Of a DNA stretch of 32,453 bases, positions 25,360 to 32,342 are shown one piece after another. The notes beneath the pieces were generated by a model, which was given only the letters and a program-made list of their open reading frames with translations, searched no databases and was not told the origin of the DNA. The stretch is taken from positions 1-32,453 of the forward strand of contig CBFCZR010000003.1 in assembly GCA_965602795.1 (NCBI GenBank), in the 5' to 3' direction. This DNA is from Candidatus Bathyarchaeota archaeon (lineage in GTDB: Archaea; Thermoproteota; Bathyarchaeia; Bathyarchaeales; Bathyarchaeaceae). Position 1 is the first letter of the stretch; each line of letters starts with the position of its first letter. Made by a program: the position numbers and the translations under genes.

Positions 25360-25938
25360 GTGGCTATCGATATGAGCGAGGAAAAAACGGTCAAGAAAGC
25401 TGAGCTAATTTCAGCTATGCGAGACTACAAAAGGAAAAGAACTAGAAGTAAAGAGAGAAAAGTAGATTTCACGGTTTCACCTTCTGAGGAAGATGAAAAA
25501 ATCTTGATACGAGCGATAACTGAACCTAAATCAAAATCAGGATACATTGGCGTGGACACTGTTCGAGAGATGACTGAGTTTCTGGAAAAAAAGAAATACG
25601 ACAAAGGCATCCTCATCGGAAAAAAATTCACCAACGCAGCGAAAAGAGAGATGAAAAACGCCGAAATCGAAGTGGTTTCGGAGGCAATCTCGCCTAATTT
25701 CAAGGTGAAACGACTTTACTCGACGATAGGAAATTATGTGGAGAAATTGTGTAAGGCCAAATGCGGCAAAGTTCCTGTAAAGGATTCTGATTGCAAGGGG
25801 TATGTTGACGGACATTACACATGTGATGTCAGATTAATTAGTGACAATGCTGATTTTCATTACGAGAAAGGTTGGGTAAACTTCTTAGAAAGAGATTTAG
25901 TCAAGCTTTTGGCTATCGAAAAAGACGTAAAGAAATAG
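25360..25938 (+). CDS. Mrr_cat/RPB5-N-like restriction-endonuclease-fold protein with Cys-rich C-terminal domain
   Basis: IGVDTVRE.......YDKGILIG..FTNAAK; C-terminal C-x3-C..C..C. Confidence 0.7.
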   Translation: MAIDMSEEKTVKKAELISAMRDYKRKRTRSKERKVDFTVSPSEEDEKILIRAITEPKSKSGYIGVDTVREMTEFLEKKKYDKGILIGKKFTNAAKREMKNAEIEVVSEAISPNFKVKRLYSTIGNYVEKLCKAKCGKVPVKDSDCKGYVDGHYTCDVRLISDNADFHYEKGWVNFLERDLVKLLAIEKDVKK

Positions 25939-26035
25939 TTTTATTTACATTAATTTTTATTTGGTTGAACGTGTTCCGTGCTCTTAGTTTAAATCTTTGG
26001 AGCCAATTAGTTAGCTGACAGGAGACTCTAAAGAA

Positions 26036-26755
26036 ATGTTTAACCGAGTTATAGTTGCTGTTGTTGGAGGCAGTAATTCCGGAAAAACCACCGCTGTAGA
26101 AGCCCTGATTAGGGGATTAACAAAGAGAGGCTACACGGTTACATGTGCAAAGCATATTCCTAACCAGCCTGAATTTACGATAGACACAGAAGGAAAAGAC
26201 ACATGGAGGTACTCCAAGGCTGGAGCAAACTCCGTTTTAAGTGTGGCCCTCAATGAATTGACCGTCATCAAAAAGGTTGACACCACAGAGTATAGTCTAG
26301 AACAGGTTGTTGCAGAGACCCCAGAAGCGGACATTATCCTACTTGAAGGATTCAAAGACTTAGTGGGACAAGATTCAAGCATACCTAAACTTGTAACCGC
26401 AAAAACTGTTAACGAAATACACACCGCTCTTGAACGCTACAAAAACATCCTAGCGTTTGTCACTTCCATCCCGGACGAAGAAGTGGAAACAAAAATCTCT
26501 TGTGTGGATGTACTAAAAGAACCAGAGAAGCTTGTGGATTTGGTGAATAATAAGGTTGCAGTTTTGGTGGAAAGAAAACGGAAGCGAGAAGAAAAAATCA
26601 CGATACAGATAGACGAAAAATTCGTGCCCTTAGGCGACTTTGTTCAAGACATAATAAGGAACGCTGTTCTTGCCATGGTCTCAAGTTTAAAAGGGGCAAA
26701 AATAAAAGGGGAAGAGAAGGTTTCGATAGTCGTCAAGCGGTTGTCGAGAGGCTAG
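26036..26755 (+). CDS. mobB: Molybdopterin-guanine dinucleotide biosynthesis protein B
   Basis: P-loop GGSNSGKTT, KH, D.EGKDTWR..KAGA, ILLEGFK; C-terminal FVQDII.N extension. Confidence 0.92.
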   Translation: MFNRVIVAVVGGSNSGKTTAVEALIRGLTKRGYTVTCAKHIPNQPEFTIDTEGKDTWRYSKAGANSVLSVALNELTVIKKVDTTEYSLEQVVAETPEADIILLEGFKDLVGQDSSIPKLVTAKTVNEIHTALERYKNILAFVTSIPDEEVETKISCVDVLKEPEKLVDLVNNKVAVLVERKRKREEKITIQIDEKFVPLGDFVQDIIRNAVLAMVSSLKGAKIKGEEKVSIVVKRLSRG

Positions 26756-26776
26756 CAAACTCAGGTGGCGTTTTGG

Positions 26777-26854
26777 GGTTCAGAGAGAGCATTGAAACAA
26801 GAGAGAAAGGAGATTTTTCAGCTGCTGTCAATAGAATTGACAACTCTCTGAACC
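26777..26854. other. Nested inverted repeats between the convergent mobB and cdvC genes
   Basis: GGTTCAGAGAG (26777-26787) / CTCTCTGAACC (26844-26854), enclosing TGTCAAT-AGA-ATTGACA (26826-26842). Confidence 0.6.
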
Positions 26855-26903
26855 TTTCCAAGACCACTCTTGTTAAGAGCTTGGTTAACCTCCCAGTTTC
26901 ATG

Positions 26904-28082
26904 TTAGAGTGCTTTGAATGCTTCAGACCATTCTTTGTAGGTTGATATGACCCGTGGAGATACGCTGGGCTTTCTATCCGCTAAGATGCCGTTGAAGTCG
27001 TCCATAGATAGGGGTCTAGGCTTAGCGTGCTTGTCACTTGCTTTACCTGAATCAAAGAGTTCTCCGATAACCCGCAAGTGCGCTGACTGGCAAATGTCCC
27101 GTATGTCGCTTCCAGAGAAACCACCAGCCAATCTGGCAAACTCGTCCAGATCCACTTTCGTCGACAAATTCAGATTAGCAGTGTAAAGCTTGAGCATGTT
27201 TAATCGAGCATCGTGGTCGGGCAGGGGAACCATGATTCGTTTCTGAAATCTGCGTATGAAAGGCCAGTCTAGAGCCCAAGGCTTGTTAGTGGCTCCGATA
27301 ACGTACGCATGGATGTTCTTGCCTTTGTCCATAACGCCGTCCATCTCCTTGAGAAACTGGTTGCGAACTCTGGTTTCTCCACCAACCTCATTAGAGTGCA
27401 TACCAATCAGCGAATCTAGCTCATCGATAAACAGTATAGCGGGTCGCCCATTATTCGCAGTTTTTCTGGCTTGATTAAACAGCTTTGCTACATTCTTTTC
27501 AGCTTCGCCTAACCATTTAGACATAACCGAGGCTGCATCCACCGAAACGAAGGCTGCGTCGATTTCTGTTGCTACGGCAGCGGCTAGCAGAGTTTTTCCG
27601 CATCCTGGAGGACCAAAAAGAAGTATTCCTCTAGGCCATCCTAACGGAAATAGGTCTGGTCTCTCTACCGGGTACACTATGGCTTCTTTGATGGCTTTTT
27701 TAGCGTGGTCTAATCCTACGACTTGGTTCCAGTTTACGTTAGGTTTTTCTTTGAGTACAAGTTCATCGTAGCTTGCTTTTTCATCCTTTTTTGTTTCTGC
27801 TTGGGGTTCCATTGTCTCCATCGGCTTATCTGATTGCGGCTGTACGGGTTGAACGGGGCCTTCTCCCTGCAGAGCCTTTATCCGATCTTGATACGCCTGT
27901 GCACGTTGAATGTAAACCGTGTTTAGTCCATAGTTCGGGTATAACCTGACGAGTTTCAGGAGGGTAGAGATGCCTTTCTGGTACATTGTGATGGCCATCC
28001 CCCTTGAACCCTGTTTGTCAAGGCGAACAGCCTCCAAAGCGTATTTTGTTGCCGCTTGTTCAAGTTCTTGAGAAGCACTCAT
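26904..28082 (-). CDS. cdvC: Vps4-like AAA+ ATPase CdvC (MIT + AAA domains)
   Basis: MIT region A.KYA..AV..DK.G...AI..YQK..; Walker A GPPGCGKT; pore loop SKWLGE; Walker B LFIDE; GATNKPW.LD; RRFQKR. Confidence 0.95.
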   Translation of the reverse strand: MSASQELEQAATKYALEAVRLDKQGSRGMAITMYQKGISTLLKLVRLYPNYGLNTVYIQRAQAYQDRIKALQGEGPVQPVQPQSDKPMETMEPQAETKKDEKASYDELVLKEKPNVNWNQVVGLDHAKKAIKEAIVYPVERPDLFPLGWPRGILLFGPPGCGKTLLAAAVATEIDAAFVSVDAASVMSKWLGEAEKNVAKLFNQARKTANNGRPAILFIDELDSLIGMHSNEVGGETRVRNQFLKEMDGVMDKGKNIHAYVIGATNKPWALDWPFIRRFQKRIMVPLPDHDARLNMLKLYTANLNLSTKVDLDEFARLAGGFSGSDIRDICQSAHLRVIGELFDSGKASDKHAKPRPLSMDDFNGILADRKPSVSPRVISTYKEWSEAFKAL

Positions 28083-28087
28083 ATGAA

Positions 28088-28957
28088 TCACGACGCAATT
28101 TTGATTTTACCTTTTACACCCAACTGCTCCAATGCCTTTTCGATTTCTCCGCATGCAACATTCAATTCATTGGCACATTGAGTGATATCCAGCTGTCCTT
28201 CACGTCTTTTTGCGTAATCCAACACTGATTCCTCTAATTCATCATTAACAGTCCAAGTGATTCGTTTCATTTCCGTGTCTTTGTATGACACGTAGCTCTG
28301 TTGCTTCCCTGGCTCAGAAATTTCTGAACAGGAAGCAGTGAGGGCAACCATCTTTCTCTGTTTTGCCACCCGTTGGGGTTGAGGCGTTTCCATGACCGGA
28401 GCAGAAGCTGGAGGCTCAGGTAATGTCTCGGTTATTTTGTCCTCCAGAAACTCGGCGACTTCTGCAAGAACTTCTTCCCCGCCTGGCGTCTTAACGTCCG
28501 TGGGCACTTCAAGTTTTGTGTCATCGATTTTGGACATGGAGATAACTTCGAATATGGTTTCATTTACCCTTTCCATTTCAAAGGCCATCTGAGGCATGAA
28601 GGAACCGAGGCTTTTTGTCACCGCTTGAAGGTTGTTGAGAACTGGTTTCAAATCCGCAAAGGCTGCGTTGAATTCTTTGAGTGTTTCTAGCCGTAAGATG
28701 ATGCGTTCTACAAGAATCTGAGTGTGATAGATGACTTTGGTGAGTTTTCTGATTTCAGAAAGTTCGTTAGCAAAGATTGCTGCTCGTTCCTTGTTTTTTT
28801 CTTTTAGAGCTTTTGCGCATGTTTTGAAGAGAATTTTATCTCTCCGAGTGAGTTTGACGATAACTTGTCCTAGTTTAAACTGTTGAGACTTAAGCTTAGG
28901 TACCGCCTTAACAACTACTTGTTCAAAGTTGGGGGAAGAGCGGAAAGGGTTTTTGAT
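28088..28957 (-). CDS. cdvB: ESCRT-III protein CdvB (Snf7 core, MIM2-like LPEPP, C-terminal winged helix)
   Basis: The frame is open from 28975. Manual translation upstream of TTG 28651 gives RDKILF...ERAAIFANELSEIRK...VERIILRLETL. Probable start is ATC at 28957 behind GAGGT. Confidence 0.88.
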   Translation of the reverse strand: MKNPFRSSPNFEQVVVKAVPKLKSQQFKLGQVIVKLTRRDKILFKTCAKALKEKNKERAAIFANELSEIRKLTKVIYHTQILVERIILRLETLKEFNAAFADLKPVLNNLQAVTKSLGSFMPQMAFEMERVNETIFEVISMSKIDDTKLEVPTDVKTPGGEEVLAEVAEFLEDKITETLPEPPASAPVMETPQPQRVAKQRKMVALTASCSEISEPGKQQSYVSYKDTEMKRITWTVNDELEESVLDYAKRREGQLDITQCANELNVACGEIEKALEQLGVKGKIKIAS

Positions 28958-28983
28958 GGAGATTACCTCACAGAACTAATGTA

Positions 28984-29760
28984 TTACGAACTTTCTTTGC
29001 TTGGATTCCGTACATGAACAACTACTGGGGGTTCTGGAAGGTCCGAAGAGATAGGAGCAGGTGGTTTTGGAATCTCCTGTTGTTCTGGGCTTTTTGTTTG
29101 TGGTTCTTCAGGTGTCTTTGTTTCCGCTGTTTTTGCTTCAGGTGCAGTTACAGGTTTCTCTCCGAGGAGTAGATTGGCTAATTTGCTCTTCAAAGCTTCT
29201 AAGTCGCTTTTTTCAGCGTTAACTCCCTTTAGTCCCCATTGGATTATCCCCAAAGCCTTTTGGTATGCCTCGCCGTTTAATCTGCCGATTTCACGTTCAA
29301 TTTCCAGATTTATCAAGGCTGAGTGAAGCGAGTGAACCTGTTTGTTGCATCGGTCAATCTCCTCGTCTATTTCATCCGTGAGTCCTTTGGCGTTATCTTT
29401 TAGTTGATTCAAAGCCCCTTCAAAAGTGCTGTGTAGATCATCGTACATTTCAGGCGGAATTTTCTTCTTTTCTACAAGCTCATTTAAAGCCCTGTCTTTT
29501 CTCCATATCAATGGAATTTCGTTACAGAGAGCTTTAGCTTTCAGTTTGAGCGGCGGCGAGATCACTAGGCTCCCGTTGTCAATTTTTATTTGATCGCTGG
29601 AGTAACTAAGGAATTCTCCGTCCCCGTGTTCAACAAAGATTCCATCTATGCGACCTGTGGGTGTTACCTTGAATGAAGCTACTCGACCGATTTGCCTTCC
29701 ATATTCATCCTTTATTTGTTTACCAACAAAAAGAAAGGGGTTGGAAATGGATTTTGACAC
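28984..29760 (-). CDS. cdvA: CdvA-like cell division protein
   Basis: PRC barrel FVGKQIKDEYGRQIG, long coiled coil, Pro-rich linker, C-terminal strand PPVVVHV; SD AGGAGGTGA. Confidence 0.92.
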   Translation of the reverse strand: MSKSISNPFLFVGKQIKDEYGRQIGRVASFKVTPTGRIDGIFVEHGDGEFLSYSSDQIKIDNGSLVISPPLKLKAKALCNEIPLIWRKDRALNELVEKKKIPPEMYDDLHSTFEGALNQLKDNAKGLTDEIDEEIDRCNKQVHSLHSALINLEIEREIGRLNGEAYQKALGIIQWGLKGVNAEKSDLEALKSKLANLLLGEKPVTAPEAKTAETKTPEEPQTKSPEQQEIPKPPAPISSDLPEPPVVVHVRNPSKESS

Positions 29761-29810
29761 AGTGTCACCTCCTTAATTTCCGTGTACATCCGTGTTTTTA
29801 CAGACCTATT

Positions 29811-30458
29811 TTATTGCGAACTGGCCTCACCAAATGATGGGATGCCCGTGGGCAAGTCTGGGAATTTCTCTTTGACTTTCTGTTCTGCAACAGTAGCTGC
29901 CTCGTTCAGTATCTTCTGTGCGTCGTCTCCTGCTGTCTGGAAGTCGATGTTCATACCTGAGTTGTAGCCTGCGTCCATGATGATTCCGCTGAGCAAGTTT
30001 CCGATGCTTCCGATTTCACGTTCTGCTTCTGGAAAGACTGAAGACATTCCGGTTTTGACGCTGCGTAGCACATTAATTGCTGGCGCCAAAGTGCTGACTA
30101 CGTCGCCTAGTTCTGAAACTGTGCTTAATCTAAGGACTATCTGTTCTAGGGCTAGCCTAGAGTGCATGATCATTTTTTCCATTTTGCGTATTTCAGCTAG
30201 TTCGTTGGCAAAGACGTTGGCTCGTGCCATGTCATGCTTTGTGTAGGCTTGAACGATTTTTGCGAATATTGACTTGTCGCGTTCTGTGAAGCGGTCTGCT
30301 GCTTTGTCTAATTTCTGTATCTGCATTTCCATTCTTTTTACGGCGAAATCTAGTCTTGGTTTCAAAGGACCTGGAGGTCTAACGGCATCCTTAATTTTAC
30401 TGCTGAGAGGTGTGTCGTCAACTCCTTCTCCCCATTTTTTTGCAAATTTTTCTGACAT
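29811..30458 (-). CDS. ESCRT-III/Snf7 paralogue (CdvB1/2-like, no winged helix)
   Basis: RANVFANELAEIRK, ALEQIVLRLSTV.ELGD, AQKILNEA, C-terminal FPDLP. ATG 30458 behind GAGG. Confidence 0.93.
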   Translation of the reverse strand: MSEKFAKKWGEGVDDTPLSSKIKDAVRPPGPLKPRLDFAVKRMEMQIQKLDKAADRFTERDKSIFAKIVQAYTKHDMARANVFANELAEIRKMEKMIMHSRLALEQIVLRLSTVSELGDVVSTLAPAINVLRSVKTGMSSVFPEAEREIGSIGNLLSGIIMDAGYNSGMNIDFQTAGDDAQKILNEAATVAEQKVKEKFPDLPTGIPSFGEASSQ

Positions 30459-30499
30459 ACTAATTTCCTCACGCAAGGAGGTATGTTTAAAGCGTATTA

Positions 30500-30537
30500 T
30501 TACATTGTTAACATGTAACGAACATCTACATATATAC
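30500..30537 (-). promoter_or_regulatory. Putative cdv operon promoter with palindromic operator
   Basis: TATATA at ~30531-30536; near-perfect palindrome TTACAT-T-GTTAAC-ATGTAA at 30500-30518. Confidence 0.5.
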
Positions 30538-30683
30538 CAGACATAGTGTGCCTATTCCGTCGCCGTTTTGAGCTTTAAATTTAAGATTGAAAGAGAGACG
30601 GGGCGCAGAGGCGAAAATAAACAGTTTCGTGTAAGTTACACTCAAAAGCGCGAAGATTTAACTGTTAAAACAAGGTGAAACGA

Positions 30684-30899
30684 ATGGGTGACAGAATAAA
30701 AATACTAGGAGCATTTGCCCTGCTAGGTTTCATGGGCGGAGTAATCGCTAACATCGGTTTCCACACAGTGTGGCCTTGGTTGGCAGCTAACTTCCCTTCG
30801 CTATTCGCATCAGAAATCGTCATATCAGGCATTGCAGGCGCTCTGATAACTACATTCTTTGTAGTGATCTGGGTATATCTAAGCAAGCCATCTCAATAA
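30684..30899 (+). CDS. Small two-TM membrane protein, divergent from the cdv cluster
   Basis: GGTGA SD before ATG 30684; two Gly-rich hydrophobic helices. Confidence 0.72.
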   Translation: MGDRIKILGAFALLGFMGGVIANIGFHTVWPWLAANFPSLFASEIVISGIAGALITTFFVVIWVYLSKPSQ

Positions 30900-31190
30900 A
30901 GGGAAAAACCTCGCTCCCCCCAATTGATTCGATGCTGCCGGCATCTTTCTATAGCGGTAAGCAAATTGTAATAGCGTAGCAAAGCGGGCACCAAAGAAAT
31001 GACTTTGTATTTGTTGCATTACTGTATCCAGTGATTAATGTCTGCGCGGTGTAGTAGGCGGGGATAGACCGAGGCTTGATATAGCTGGAGTTAAAGGGTG
31101 TTTTCACAGCGTATCGTGGGGTTGTGGAAAAGCGGGCGAATTTCAGACTGATGAACGTGTGAACCTTAGACAGGAATCTTTTGTTGTGCT

Positions 31191-31248
31191 GCTGGTTTTC
31201 AGAAAAAAGTTTGTTTTCAACAATCCACTGCTATTAGGAGCCTAATAG
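31191..31248 (+). repeat. Dispersed palindromic intergenic repeat, copy D
   Basis: GCTGGTTTTCAGAAAAAAGTTTGTTTTCAACAATCCACTG followed by CTATTAGGAGCCTAATAG (31231-31248). Confidence 0.9.
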
Positions 31249-31290
31249 GGTCGGCTGGTTTGGTTTGTGTTAGCAAAAATTTGTGAACCC

Positions 31291-31359
31291 CTGTCCTTCA
31301 ACAATATTCTGTTATCAGGAGCTTTAATGTGATTGTTGAGAAGCAGTTTTTTCCAAAAA
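31291..31359. repeat. Degenerate two-armed copy E of the dispersed repeat
   Basis: CTGTCCTTCAACAAT, then a decayed core TTATCAGGAGCTTTAAT, then the inverted arm ATTGTTGAGAAGCAGTTTTTTCCAAAAA. Confidence 0.65.
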
Positions 31360-31484
31360 TTAGGTTAACCGCCGAATTGTGTGTACTCTGGGGTTTCAGC
31401 GAATGGAATGGGGTAATTCAAGCCAGCCTTTGGTTAAGGTGTTCTAATCAGTCGCTGACTCACGCGGGGGGTTAGGTAGGTTGG

Positions 31485-31718
31485 TTAGAAAAAGGTGCGA
31501 TTTTCTTCTTTTTGTCCTTGCCAGTCATCGCCGCGTATTGCCCATGCATTCTTCATGTCAAATCTTTTGTTTACATTAGAGTCACTTCGTTGCTTACGTC
31601 TGCGTTTCGCGTAACAACTTTTACAGTAAACAGGTTTTCCAGCAGTAGGCTTGAAGGGCACGGTAGCAGGTTTGCCGCATTCACTACACTTAATTTCAAA
31701 CATTGTTTTTTGAGACAT
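31485..31718 (-). CDS. CxxC-x17-CxxC zinc-ribbon domain protein
   Basis: CSECGKPATVPFKPTAGKPVYCKSC; SD GAGGTGA at 31725-31731. Confidence 0.9.
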   Translation of the reverse strand: MSQKTMFEIKCSECGKPATVPFKPTAGKPVYCKSCYAKRRRKQRSDSNVNKRFDMKNAWAIRGDDWQGQKEENRTFF

Positions 31719-31949
31719 ACAAAATCACCTCTTTCTCTCTTGTATAAGATGAATTAGCACTAGGTCTCCGCGGTTGAGTTTCACAGCGCTGCGACAATAG
31801 TTATACAGATTCATCCAACTCGGTTTTCAGATTTCTAAAAGATTTCGTTTATTCGAGGGACAAGCCCATGCGACAAAAGAACTCTTTTGGTATAGTAACG
31901 TTTGCACTCTTATAAAGGGTAGGTGAATGGGAGCACTTGCAGCCTGTTT

Positions 31950-32321
31950 CTAGAACAGACCCATTTGGATCAATTTACGTAGGTTATTAATTTCGATTTC
32001 TGTTGTCCCTGTTAGCAACTGAGAAAAGTTGGGCTTCGCATCCGAACCTAATGTCAGCACAGTGACACCCTTGTAAGAAATTGTTACAGTTACTCCTTCG
32101 CTTTTCAGTTCTTCAGCTGCATTCTTCAGATGTCTAAGTAGTTCCCGAAAAGACCTGATTCCTATACTGTCTTTTAGTACGCCTTTTATGAACCTGTTAT
32201 CAACTATGTTCAGATCGATTTGATGAGGCAAGACCGATAGTTGCAGCAGCCTTTCGTTGCTACTAGATAGGTTAACTTTTCCCGATTTAAGCACATGACT
32301 TAACAGGGTTAGTAACTGCAA
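31950..32321 (-). CDS. Hypothetical protein
   Basis: 123-aa ORF with protein-like composition and no competing ORF. Confidence 0.65.
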   Translation of the reverse strand: MQLLTLLSHVLKSGKVNLSSSNERLLQLSVLPHQIDLNIVDNRFIKGVLKDSIGIRSFRELLRHLKNAAEELKSEGVTVTISYKGVTVLTLGSDAKPNFSQLLTGTTEIEINNLRKLIQMGLF

Positions 32322-32342
32322 TTTTGCACCATTTTAGAGAGG

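Noticed and set aside
25360-25938. Active restriction-modification or defence island
   Set aside because: Catalytic lysine motif is missing and there is no methyltransferase or other defence gene adjacent.
30665-30886. 73-aa minus-strand ORF upstream of the cdv cluster
   Set aside because: Antisense to the plus-strand membrane ORF, which has an SD and a coherent TM pattern.
31043-31115. tRNA-like start GCGCGGTGTAGTAGGC
   Set aside because: No T-loop GTTCRA, no matching acceptor stem and no cloverleaf could be built.
31120-31140. ORB/origin-like GTGGAAAAGCGGG
   Set aside because: Single weak match, no repeated ORBs and no cdc6/orc1 gene nearby.
9658-31359. Repeat copies as a CRISPR array
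   Set aside because: Copies are kilobases apart, in both orientations, without regular spacers, and there are no cas genes.
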